Source: Tubiluchus corallicola (Eukaryota; Animalia; Priapulida). Taken from it: 64,000 nt of DNA. Both the position numbers and the translations under genes were made by a program. Numbering within the stretch: the first letter of the stretch is position 1; every line of letters starts with the position of its first letter. The notes under the pieces were generated by a model. It saw nothing but the letters and a program-made list of their open reading frames with translations. It did no database searches and had not been told where the DNA came from. The DNA is taken from positions 62,001-126,000 of the forward strand of contig JAQGDQ010000203.1 of NCBI GenBank assembly GCA_030141605.1, in the 5' to 3' direction. Of this stretch, positions 38,901 to 51,250 are shown in pieces.

Positions 38901-40337
38901 CAAAGTCCACAAGTGGTTTTATTAGCAGAAATATTCGACTGCATAGAGACAAATTGGTGTAGCTGTCCCCCGAAAAGTAATAATTAGGTTGTAACTTTTG
39001 AGACTGGTAAATATTACAATGTATTTGAATAAAAATATTTTAAGTATAAATTTGTGTCCTCCACCAGAAGATATCTCACGCGTAATACGAGATTTTCCGG
39101 CCAGTCAGTGGCCAAATTAAACAATATAGTACCCGAGTGAAGTGACATCCGACTCGGAATTACAAAAGATTCAAGTTTTGTAATGGGATCTATAATAAAT
39201 ATCTTACTTGTATAAATTCAAATAGCAAATAAGCAGGTTTAGTGGATGCTAATTAACTAACATCATTGATAAATTCAAGCAAAATTTGTAAAATGGAAAG
39301 CCCCATGTTAGCTATAAAGAAAGATTTATTGTTTAAAATTTCACCAGCAGAATTATTGTGAAACATTCCACTTAAGCCTGGTAAAACATCTGGTGAACTA
39401 AATGAAGAATTAGTTTTTAAAGAAGATCTTTAAAGACCAATGAGTCCGTACCTCCATATTTCAATAAAACTTCACGTACTCAGAATAATTAAGCCTATAC
39501 TTAGAAGTGTACTCATTTATATATTCACCTCACAAGCATAAGTTCCACACGAAACTAAGCCAATTTAACCAAGTGTAGAGATGCAGTATTGTGAACTAAC
39601 TGCACTAAACCATGTTTTGATAATCAGATTCACTTACGTTTTGATCAATAACCACTCAGTTCAGCAGAACATTTAATTGAAGATCAAAGCAGAAATCTCA
39701 CTTTCCACTAAATTACTCTTCACACAAGCGGAATTGAATCTGTATAAGCAACTGAAAGCCATTTCTCGTAGAAAACGCATTCTGCTTATCTCCAACACGG
39801 AAATTTTGTCAATGAAAAGTTTGACATTGATTTAAAATTTCAGTATTTATATATAATACACTTTGCGATTTTTTTAGATATTGTATAGCTTCTGCTTGGT
39901 TTCACCTGCACGCCTGCAAACTAATAGTTTCGTCTTGGTTTAGGCATACTGTGTCAATTCAATTCATAAAAATTGAGAAAAATCGGATTAGGTTAAGAAA
40001 ATCAGTTTCTTGGATATTATTAGTGCACAACCCTACAGAAATTTATAAATTTTCCATGCATACACAAAATTGATCTATCATCTACTTACGGGTTCCTGTG
40101 ATCATGTCCCCGACCTGAACAGTTGACAGGATTCAACTCGTCATCGGGAAAAGCATATTTCATGTAGTTGTCATAACCAAAATGAAACATGCTTTTTGTT
40201 GCAGTCAACATTTCCAAACGCTCGGAATCAGAAAAATAACCATATTGGTTAGTATACGAATCATGTCTATAGTAGGTGACGTCACCTAACGTAGACAGTG
40301 TGAAGCAAAAAGCAAACAAAAATAGAAATAAAACCAT
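20976..40337 (-). CDS. EDEM1: ER degradation-enhancing alpha-mannosidase-like protein 1 (GH47), complete, 12 exons, 568 aa
   Basis: Exons (minus): 40337-40090, 36291-36219, 35350-35247, 34405-34234, 33297-33114, 32010-31836, 30616-30496, 26461-26343, 25588-25463, 23566-23470, 23100-22900, 21062-20976; total 1707 nt, phases consistent. Motifs [98 protein letters not shown], and an EDEM1-type tail [14 protein letters not shown]...VGL*. Confidence 0.95.
23621..24127. mobile_element. Tc1/mariner-type non-autonomous element in EDEM1 intron 9
   Basis: ta|cagggtgtttcaaaag ... cttcagagacaccctg|ta: inverted termini with TA duplication. Confidence 0.7.
25723..26145 (+). mobile_element. Probable solo LTR (Gypsy-like) in EDEM1 intron 8
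   Basis: TG...CA ends with short inverted repeat (tgttacga / tcgttgca), ATAT on both flanks, internal TATAAAA; a related start (aatgccatttattttca) recurs at ~31273-31320. Confidence 0.6.
27084..27350. repeat. Minisatellite, ~52-53 bp unit, 5 diverged copies
   Basis: tgcaggtcacaatgcgagcacaaaggtcactct...ggtac repeated. Confidence 0.85.
27576..29219. repeat. Minisatellite, 41-bp unit, about 40 near-identical copies (EDEM1 intron 7)
   Basis: agtgcataagtcacacctgtctacagtcttctctgcagcag repeated head-to-tail; irregular stretch at ~28160-28255. Confidence 0.97.
36480..37830 (-). mobile_element. Highly decayed LINE fragments in EDEM1 intron 1
   Basis: Minus-strand remnants resembling an APE domain ([14 protein letters not shown]) and an RT C-terminus; no open frame. 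Confidence 0.35.
38098..38372. repeat. Minisatellite with 51-bp and 30-bp unit variants
   Basis: ccacttttgcacattagtcacagcagtacaagtgcaagttcctacacactt x3, two shorter 30-bp units, then one more long unit. Confidence 0.9.
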
Positions 40338-41539
40338 TGCCCCATGGACACCCAAGCAACATTATTTTTTAAAAAATAATAAATTCAAATCACAATCTCC
40401 GATCAGCTACGTCCGAGCTATTTCCTATCTTGTGCTTTCGTTATAACTACATTCAGAAAACGATGTTCTTGTACATAATTACGTTTATGTTAAGTATTAA
40501 TTTTATATAATTGATGATGTGGCCCAAAAAAGTTTGTAAACAAGAGAAGTAATGACCGTAATCTTCGAACAGTTTAGCACTTCGCTGCAAGTCAAGTCGA
40601 GCAACTTTTTCCGCACACGATGGCAAGACTGGCAAGTAAGTAAGTACCGTATCTTTATTTAATCACCCTTTTTACAAGAAAAACACATGAAACGATAATA
40701 TGATACAAAGTGACAAAATTATTAAATGAATAAATTATCTGAGTTAATGATAGTCAAGCGATTGGTGAAAGGGTGGCGAAAAACTAAAAGTTACCAAAGT
40801 CAACCACCCTGTAAATAATGTTGCTATTAGTAATTAATTATAAGTGCAAATATCTTGACGAAGTTTTCAGAATAAGGTGTGATAAATGGAGCATAAAGCT
40901 TACGTATGGAGCGTACCAAGTTGCTTAAGTAAGTAAATGATGAGTGTACTAAAATAGGACTATTGAGATTTAGATTTAAATTTAAACATGCGTATCAAGG
41001 ACATAAAGACATAATAAATACATATAACGTATTTATGTAATGCAAGCAACGCAAAGATCGAACTCTACTGACACACTATCAACATGCGATAATAATTATC
41101 TACTCTACTTCAAAGTGGAAAAAGTGATCAGTCCCTGGATGACTTGTCCTCTATTTTTCTATGAAATTTGTGAATATCTGTGATGTGCAGGGCAATGCAT
41201 CTAGCATTTTGCCCATTGTTTCGTTCAACTTGTTTAACTACATAACGCAGTTATACTGTCGTGATAAGGTTTTAAGCGAGTATACAAGTAAACCCCATAT
41301 TTTTCTACAAAGTAATTGTCAATTATCAAGGATTTAAACTCTACAGGGGTTGGTGCGGCAATCACCATAGCAGGCAAATTATGCCATTCGCTCACTACTC
41401 TCACGATAAATAAATATTGTTTAGTGTTACACTAAAATTACTAAATTAAATAGAGGACAAATTTACAATATGCAAAACCTTATAATGCGCACAATCTACA
41501 CTGATTAGTAAATGAGTCTATGATACACATTTCTCTACA

Positions 41540-42760
41540 TCTCCCCCTTTAGATGTCATCTTCCTCAATAAGACGTTAAGGTCTTCCATCAGTGCGACCC
41601 AATCTCATGCAGTTGGTTAGTGATGGTGTTGTATTTTGCAGAATGTCACGTTGTGCAGCAGAACCATCTTCCTCCAGACAGGGGCGCACATTTCCTGTAG
41701 ATTCTGGTAGAGTTAATTTCAATGACTGTGCCATAGATGTCCCACTTTAGTGACATGACTTTGAATTACCACTTTATTGTCGATCACGAAAGATCAGGCA
41801 ATGGCTTAGCACATACGTCATATCTAACTTTAGCAGACTGTCTTATAGTTCTATAGAAGCCCCTTGTTAATATATGATTACACTGTATTTAGTGTGTTTG
41901 CAAATATTCATGATCATTATCCTCGTCGTCATCGTCATTGTCGTCATCATCATCATATTGTCGTCATGGTCATCATCATCATCATCACCATCATCAACAA
42001 CAACATCATTATCATCATCATCATCATCGTCATCATCATTATCATCATCATCATCCTTGATTCTTTATGTTAATTTTATAGCTTATAAAAGCTGGCACAG
42101 TAGCAGTGTATACACAGTAATATACACACCAAGAATATTGTCATGCTACTTCTTTTTTTACTGAAGCTTTCGCTTCAGCTTGTTTTACCGGTTGTTGCCA
42201 ATCTTAAGAAAAACCTTTGTAATGAACAGGTTTCACGACTTGTACAATATGTCCAGGCAAAAGTCCATTTACTTTAGGTGTGCTACGATATTGAAGAATT
42301 GCGGCAGCCCATTTATCATCATCAATTCGGCTGGATCTAGGGTCCCAACACCTTCTGATAAGCTTTTTCATGCTTTTAACTGCAGCTTCAGCAATTCCAT
42401 TCGATTGAGGGTAATAAGGTGTGCTCGCACAATGCTCTACACTCCCTCATGAAAGAATATCCACAAACACTTCTGAAGTAAATTGTGGACCTCTATCAGT
42501 CCAAAGTGAGTCAAGAACGCATGTTTGATAAAACACTTTTCGAAAAGCATTAATTAACCAAAATAATGGTCTGAAGTAATGAGAAATTCACGACCACCAT
42601 GTGAACTAAAATCAGCAGAAAGATACTGGAATGGGCAGGAAGCTTTTGCACGAGAGGCAACAGGTTCCTTTTGTTGCAAAGGAAGCTCCTCTTGGCGAAA
42701 TAGGTGAGTGAAAAAGAGCTTAGGCTGCTCTGTGTTCGCGACCATCACACCAGTTGCACA
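41540..42760 (-). mobile_element. Gypsy LTR retrotransposon relic (integrase to polypurine tract)
   Basis: PFQYLSADF..GGREFLITSDHY and LWTDRGPQFTSE integrase motifs; pol end RLIEEDDI*; PPT AAAGGGGGAGA followed by TGT (LTR start at 41539). Confidence 0.75.
41912..42055. repeat. (CAT)n/(CGT)n microsatellite within the Gypsy relic
   Basis: catcatcatcatcatcaccatcatcaacaac... Confidence 0.85.
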
Positions 42761-44653
42761 TCAAATTAAACAGCATTATTTTTGCTTTAAAACATTGCAC
42801 GCGTGGGTTCTCGATTTCATCTAAGCGATGATATATATATATCATACATATACTATACCATATCATATATATACATACACTAATACATTAATGATACAGT
42901 GTTATACAGTGTTACATATTGTTGTTTATTTAAGCAAATTGCAAGAGGCAAAGAAAAACTAAACTTAAAAGAACCATTCTACATCGCAACTATGTGGTAC
43001 AATGGTAAAAAAATGATACAACAGCGCAACATACATACATATTATTTAGTATTATTACAGTTAATCAGTCAGTCAGGCTTGCTTTAAGTTGTTTCAGTCG
43101 GGTCTGTCTTCAAATATCTTATGGACGAATCTAGCATTGATTTTAATAACGTCTATATTTTGTGACGCATTTAAAAGGACGAACTGCTCTTTAGGAAACA
43201 TAAAACTAAATTTAGGACAAAAAACAGAATGCAAAAACATTCTTCTCTTATACAGTACAGTGGGTATTCAGTAATTACATGAAACTCATCCTTTACTTTG
43301 TTTAGGCAAATTGTAAAGAACAGTTGTGAATTGCATAGTTAAAAGCAGCGTTGCTAAACTGTCAAAAATTATAACAAGAAAAATGCATTTGCCGTTGTCG
43401 AAATTATTACGAAACATGCCAAATCACTAATATATCACAATCAGTAGCGAGAACATTTTCTTCAATGTGAGCACATCTAGGCCTTGTTTCTGTTTGAGCT
43501 ATATGGTTAAAAAAATTTTTTAGTTCAACAATAATATGAACTAAATTTTGCAGATCAATTAAAAACTTTAGATATATGTAAATAATAAAGATTTCTTTTA
43601 CAATATTTAAAAATGCTTCAAATAAAGGTTTTGTTTTTAGCATGAAGGTGTCAGAATTTTCTTCAATGGTTTTGTCTGTTTTTTGGCTTACAAGCTCACA
43701 GTGTAGTAACGAAAATCCTGGTGATGGTGAACCTTTTTTCTGTGGGAAGAGCGACTAGCAAAATGTACACCGTGGCTTGGTAAAGATGTGATTGAGCTTA
43801 GCATCATGATTGTTAGCGACGACATTTTTTACGATCCATATTACGATTGTAATTTTGATTGGAATGATATTTCTTCACCAATTTTTTATCTCTTTTATAT
43901 GTGTAACAGTGCTGCTCATGTCTGTGCAACAAAAAAAAACTAAACCCAGATTGTAACTTTTTGTTGCGCAGTTTTTTAGCTGCATGTCGATTTTATATCA
44001 TGTATTAGTTTTTATTGCCGGTTTGCAATGCTTTGCGCTCGTGTTCCCAAATGATATATCATGTCCAAGCGTGCCCAAGTAGTCATCGTAGGCTTCAATT
44101 ACAGTTTAGTATAATGTTGCGACTACACAACTCGCAAAATCAATTTCAAGGTACAAACCGATCGATGATAAACAGCTGCTTGCCACACACAGAAATGCAA
44201 AACTAATTGGCAAACCTTTCTTATTCCATGGTGTTTCAATTACAGGTGGCCTGAAGGAAGTTAACAACAATAGCTACATTGAAGAACGGTAGTTAACATA
44301 GGTAGTACAGCGCAAATGCAGTGTCGAAAACAACACAAAAATATTTTTATGACAGCGTTTTGAGTGAACTAAACTTGATGTTTGATTTTTAAGCGAATGA
44401 AGTTTCGTAGTAAGTACAGAATGCAAGTACATAACCCACATGGCTGTATGATTTTGGTGTCGGAGGTGCTACATTTAAATGTATAAAAATTACGCGTTTT
44501 TTTCATTAACATTCTGGTTAACACGAAACAAAGAATCAACAGGACTGCTCGTTTTCGTATAGAAACAGAATGAATTTCAAAGATCATTATCTTGCAAAGA
44601 TCTAATTTTTAAGTTTTCTAAATAACGGTCCAGTTGTGCGTACTGGAGCCAAC

Positions 44654-47600
44654 ATGCCACTGGAAATACCAGCAGGTTTGGCCGAGTTACTTCAAGATTT
44701 CACAATAGCTGTCCTGATGCAGCAACCAGGTAAGCGTCCCTCATTATCTGTAAATAACAGCAACATGCTGGCGGGCTTGCTGACAAATGAACCAACGACT
44801 ATGAAGAAATGAATGGTTCATCTAGACATACGAATGTTACTTAGATTAAAAGGACAACGAGAGATCAATTTATCGTTTTATAGTTTTGTTCATTTATTAT
44901 GGGAACCGTCATTAAAGTAAAATTGAATTATACAACACAAGGATGTTTCGCTGCGTTTGATAATCTTTGCAGATTGCGCCTACTTATTGAATTAGAGAAC
45001 GCTAATTCACAGTTAGATTTATTATTGTAGTCTCAGTAAATGATAACGGGGATATATATATATATATATATATGATTGCATCCGAACTAATGCAACTCCG
45101 AGCCTGTGTGCATGGGTGGCCACCAAAATGTGCACGTGGGAGGCTTCATCTGACATTTCATCACTAGTTATTTACTTTTTTGAAAGAAATTAGTTTTCCG
45201 AAGCTGGTTTTCTGTAGATGTAGCGTCTCATCTCTCAGAATTATATGATTAATAACCCAGAATAATTGATTAGATTCTGGTTCCGCCACAACCCTTATAT
45301 TAAGTAGGCCCTGCCACTGAACATTAGATCCAAGTACTAGTTATTTTGCGAAATGCTGAAAAATAAATAGAACCCTACTCTCAATACAGTTTAACGGTGG
45401 CATCCGCGTGAACGTAAATATTTGCTAAACAACTGGAAGAAACTGTTATGGAACCACACCTGTAATTTTACTGCAATTAATTGAAACCACTAAAACCCTA
45501 AGAACGTGGGCACTCTAAAGCTGGGCATCAAAATTACTACTTGAGTTGTAAGAATGTAAAGCCAATGATACACGGCCGCCCTGTACGTGGCCGCAGTCGC
45601 GGTTCGGCGGGTGTTGAAAGATCTGATACACGGCCGTCTGTATGAAAGAGCGCGCAGCAGTAATGACAGCCGTAATGACGAACGTACAACCAAACATTTC
45701 ACCGGCATTTAGTTTTAGTACTTATGGATAGTGTTGTTTTAATGTTCAAAATTAGATCTATAATCAATTATTTAGGAGATTATCTTGTTTTTAAGCTCAG
45801 TTTTTGTGTCACTATTAGGGTTCTCACCACTCCTGATTTAGCCCGGAGTTTCCTGAAATTCAACCATATATCCGTAATTCGGTTTGATTTTTGAAAAATT
45901 GTGAAATCTTCTGATTTCGACCATCACATTAATATTTAAGTGGAAAAAACGGAAATACATCTTGCGTTTTATTGAACCTTTGCAAAAGGCTAAGCTAAAA
46001 ACTGCAATATTTCTGTTAAATAAAATAGTAAACTTATCAAATCATATTTAAATGGTTACATGGCTTCCGTTAAAAGCAGGATGCAAGTTGTATTCCGGTT
46101 TAAGTTTTAAATTCACGTAACATAAACCATCTATCTACTTACAGCATTCTAATGCAAGTCGCGGGAAAAGCAAAAACCAATGCTGGAATAATGATCCCTG
46201 ATTGGATAAAATACTTGGCCGGCCGTGATACGCCGTACAAAATAGAACTCATTTCTATTTTAGGGCGGCTGTTGTCTTCATGGCCACTTCGTTAAATTCC
46301 GTGTATCATCTTTGATTTGAAATTAATGTAGTCTAATTTGGGCGGTCCTTTTATCAGGTCGGCTGGTTTGTGTATCGTTGACTTAAGCAATCCGCGATTT
46401 CATTGACTAGAATGTCAGCACTGTAAAGCTAGACATTGATGCAACTACTTGAAACCAGAAATGTGAGTACTCTAGAGTTGGGCATTGAATTCTAGGAACA
46501 TGTCCACTCGGTTTCAAGTGTTGGTTTCAGTGACTAGCTGTAGACTGTTTACATTATTATGATTCAAGCAGTGATTTCGATGCCCAACTTTAGAACCCAT
46601 ACGGGGTATATGTAACTTACTTTGCCATCACCTAACAGTTTCAAAGGTCGAAGCTATAAAGTGTGTTGGAATTTTGGTTCCAGTGGATAAGAGTGACGGT
46701 CCCAACGAATTCGACCCAAAAGAAAACAGTTGTCCAGTACGCAAAGCTGATAGAATACTGATTTTACGACAGCAATTTTTGGGTGCTACGTGTGAAAGTA
46801 GCGGCTATAGCTATTACTACCGGGAGACTCTCTTACCTACATTAGGGCAGCCCACATAACCTGCTTTTTACCTAGATCTTAACGTGACAGCGTTTGTTAT
46901 TCATAGTAATATAATGTCTCTTACTACTGACAGTATAGAAAATATATTTAATCATTTTCCTCTTCAAAGTATTCCAGCTTTCAAGAGAATTTTTGACGTA
47001 TAATCCGTTGTGAGGTACTGTATTAGGGGATAGCCTGCTCGTAATAGCTTAGCTGACTGGGGTTTATAAATAAGCTATAGTATATAATAGTACATACAAC
47101 CACGTGGACATTGAAAGGAATTTAATTGATACATTTTATACTAGTGTAAAATGCGCACTGCCCATAAGCGGGGAGCAAAGTATTCACATGCTTATGAAAT
47201 ACCAGGTTGGAATGAATGTTAGACTAGAAATATGCGTATTTAAGGTATGTGTAACAGGCTCTGGTACGTAGGAGCGTTTTGCCCGACCCTCCAAAGTTCT
47301 GGGTTCGAATCTGGTTGACTCACAATTTTTCAGTGCCTTTCTCGTTTTGCTAATTAGCTAAAATGTTAAATGTTGATTTCATGTAAATTTCTAGGTGTAT
47401 AAATTATTCCTTATCACAGTTCAATATTTAAAATCTATTAATGAGTTAGGGCCAGCTAATTAGATTACATTGATTAGTACTTGGATATGTGGCTCTGATT
47501 AATTGCGCGCTATGGATATGAGAATTCAGATCTGATCTGCTATGTTGGGGGGGGGGGGGATGGCAGAGCATTTGACATGATACCACAAAGTTATAGGTTC

Positions 47601-48987
47601 AAATCCTGTACCTTGTAATCCAGTTTCCTCTTAGGCGTTATGCAACACTCAATTTTTTCACATGTTTAAAAGCTTCGATAATTTTGACAATAAAATTTAT
47701 GAAGTGTAGTTCTTTACATGCTGATCGAAAGCTTTTTCTCAGAAGCGCAGTGTCACAATGGCGCAAGTTCGATTCCCGTTTTCTCAGCTTACAGTTCCTC
47801 ATTTAGTATCTCCTTCCTCCATATTAGGAACTGTGATTTGCCAGAATTAAATTATTAAATTATTTAAATAAATAAATAAAATAAATAAAGATCGTTGTCT
47901 CCACGAATTACTATAATCTTCTATAGTGATACATATAGAAAATAGTATAATAATACAAATATGAAGTTAGGAATCCATTAGGCTTGCACGTTTAGACAAA
48001 CTTTTGCAATTTAATTAATAAAAGTATAATATTGTTGCGAATTTACTTAATAAACGGGCTGATTTTACTATAACTAACACTATTTTAACGTGCTATTTTG
48101 TAATCTATCATGCAGTTGTTACGGGGCTGTCTCTCGCCCGGTTTTACGTTTAAACTTTCTCACTTAAGGGCACAGAATATGCGACGCCTTTATGTTATTT
48201 AAAAGTCACTTTAAAACAAAATCACCCCTTTAAATTAAAAAGTAAGAATCATACTTCCTTGCGAATCGCAAATTCTAAATGCTGATTGGCTTAAATTTAA
48301 TTACTTGTTCCTCTTGCCTTTTCAATCATAAAGTTTTGTTCACATTTTCAAGACGTTAACTGTCTCGAACTGTTAACTTTAATACTGTTAATGTTTTCAA
48401 AGTTTGCTGTTTTTCAACATTTATTTGGTTAGTCAAGCATTTTAGTCGGGTCTTATGGTGTTCTCTTAAAGCTGACAAATGTCTGTCACTGCGTTACTTG
48501 ATTTTACAAGATGTGATGTACGAACTGGGGCAATCTGCCCACCGTCTCTTGTTGAAATCCTTCCATGGGTTCTTGCAACTACCTTAGCAGGGATCACCCT
48601 ATCGGTTTAACTCTATCATATGCTCTATGCAGACGTAAGTTCTGCGCAGGCGCTTTCAAGTGTTCAGTGTTTCACTGTAATATTCCTCATAATTACATGT
48701 CCTCTGTTGTAAACATTCTTGTCTTAACTAATTCTGTAATAGTAATTCGAATAATAGGTTTGTTAGTAACATTATGAACTATGGTACTGCCACTGGTATC
48801 AACTACTAATTTAGTCCAGCTTTTTAACTTAACGCGATATTATATGGAATACTGTACAAAATTATATGTAATGTCTATCCTGTAGGTGATCTTTTGGACT
48901 TCGCCACCGAATACTTCAACAAACTGAGTAAAGAGGCAAGTGTAAAAAGGAACACGTTTCTGGATGAAAATGATTCACCTATACTAA
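44654..48987 (+). CDS. PRKAR2: cAMP-dependent protein kinase type II regulatory subunit, first two coding exons (D/D domain); remainder not seen in window
   Basis: Exon 44654-44729 (MPLEIPAGLAELLQDFTIAVLMQQP, donor gtaagc, phase 1) plus exon 48886-48987 (GDLLDFATEYFNKLSKEASVKRNTFLDENDSPIL, donor gtaagt); closely resembles the RII docking domain. Other RIIa-domain proteins cannot be fully excluded without the cNMP domains. Confidence 0.8.
47255..47800 (+). mobile_element. Three degenerate tRNA-derived SINE-like heads
   Basis: B-box-like ggttcgaatc (47302), ggttcaaatcc (47596), agttcgattccc (47766), two with weak upstream A-box-like segments; no complete cloverleaf. Confidence 0.4.
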
Positions 48988-49927
48988 GTAAGTACTCATT
49001 GTCTGCATGATAAATATGAAAATCTTCTCACAAAAAACAGAAAACGGTAATTGCAAAATCAATGTTTTGAAAAACCCTAATAATTTTTATAATGTCAAGG
49101 ACGTACTATCGTCCTTTCGTAACCAGGTCAAATTTACGCCAAATTTCGAAAGTACGCGGGGTTTCGTACAGGGCACACGACACAGGACATTAGCGTTACT
49201 AACAAGGCGTCAAAGCGAAACTGAAGCTCACAAAACTCAAAAACTCTAATAATAACGGAATAAACTTTATAAGTCTAACTCGGCAGTTAAACTATTTATA
49301 AAAGCTGTAAAATTTAGACATGTGATTAGCGAAAATGTGCATGTAGGCCTATTTACTAGTAACATTATTAGAACCTTAGAAGGAACTTTTCATATTTATT
49401 CTTGATATTAAATTAAAAATTGAAAATTAATTTGCACTCGCATGCCTTTACACTTATCATAAAATAGTAAAATTGTTGCACGATTGTACAGTATTACGGA
49501 AAAGTGTACGGATTAGATAGCCCTAGTTATTACAACATTAATCTATATATTTAACTTCCATATCTTAAAAAGTGTTAAATGAAGCCAAAAATATGCTCTA
49601 TAGGAAACTGCATATTGGAACTGTCAGAACACTTCCACCTTATTTGCTGATTAGGATACACTTCATTATCGCGGATTACAATTTACAGATTTTCGGAAGC
49701 TTCAGTCCAGAAACAAAGATGGTGATTGGTTTCATATTTAGGCATGTTTTAACCAGGTGACACCTAGTCCATTTCTACTCTAATGGTTTGCAGCCCAGAC
49801 GCTATTTCACTATGTGTGCAACTACTGAAACAATTCAAATTTTCCATTACACAACAATTCACAATAAAATTTGCACCATACTCATAAATACATTCTGTGT
49901 ACATATAAAACTATAAAATTACCCACA

Positions 49928-50045
<118 letters not shown>

Positions 50046-50336
50046 TAATTTAATTTAATTTTAAGTAACTATAGCGTAATTAAAGTTATAACGTAATTTA
50101 TTATTACACAACGTAATATCAAAGTAATAATAGTAATAATGAAAAGGGACGACGTGTACGAAAAATGTTTGCTTAATATTGAAAGAACTAGATTCGGAAA
50201 TGGATAAAAAAGAAATACGAGACGGCTCGTCCGACGTGCGTATTATGCTAGTGGGTCAAACTTTATGTAGCATGTTGACAGGTTGACCTACGATTATAGG
50301 AGGATGTTTTTAGAAGTACTGAACGAATAATGAGAT

Positions 50337-51250
50337 TATGACGGGCTGTCTTGACACTGGGGACATTCTTTCCAATAATTTCTTAGACATGGCGTTCTTA
50401 AAAGGAAACCATGGGTGTTATAAACAGCTTTTAATTACATAACAGAAAACAAAAGTTCTCCATTCATAGCCGTAACACTTAATCTCTTATTCTTCACTAT
50501 AGATAGCAGCACCATGTAATAGCAGGTTATTACTGTTCTCTTCTTGTTCAAGTTTAATTGTTGTGAAACAAAATTTAACACTAAAATCTAACACACAACG
50601 CATTACAAATTTAACTTTACAACAGGATTAGGAGTACATTCAGAACGTCTCAAATTAACAGGTTTACTACTAGCATCTTTGTTGGGATTTATGTCACTTT
50701 TACTGGGAGAAACAACGACATTACTTTTATTAGTAGTTTTAGCAAGAACAACTGACTTAGCTTTATCAGACACAACAGGCAATTGGACACAAGTAGTGTT
50801 TACTACAGTTTCATTATCAGAACTAGTTACTGGTACAGATGTAACAGCTTTAGAAGTTGCAAATGGAAGCCTTACATCACAGTTGTATGGTTCGGTATCT
50901 TTTCATTCAGGTACACGACCAGGTAAAACACCATCAACATGTACAAGTCTATTTTTACCTTGAATTCTTACCAAATTATTCACACAGCCTTTCTTTGACA
51001 AAATACATACTAACCATTTTACGCCAGGGCTACGGTTTTCTATGGGAACAGTTTCACAAACCAAAAACTGGCTTTATTTTCCAGAATGCAAATCATGAAA
51101 AAATTCTTAGCTGGTTTACTCTCAACATCACTTTGTAAACTAGGTTTCATAAGTGTAAAACATTGTTCTTAATCGTCTTTTAAAGAACAATTCAGTAGAT
51201 AAGACCTACTGAATTGTGTGTTTCGGTAAGCTAACAAACAATTAGTAATT
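50337..51250 (-). mobile_element. Gypsy relic: integrase C-terminus and start of 3' LTR
   Basis: Minus strand: STELFFKRRLRT, RSPGVKWL...LVRIQGKNRLVHVD, pol end PVNLRRSECTPNPVVKLNL*; TGTTACGG LTR-like start at 50477. Confidence 0.65.

Noticed and set aside
40620-40650. Divergent mini first exon ATGGCAAGACTGGCAA|gtaagt head-to-head with EDEM1
   Set aside because: On the minus strand the gtaagtaagta run reads AATAAA followed by (TACT)n, better explained as a retroelement 3' tail.
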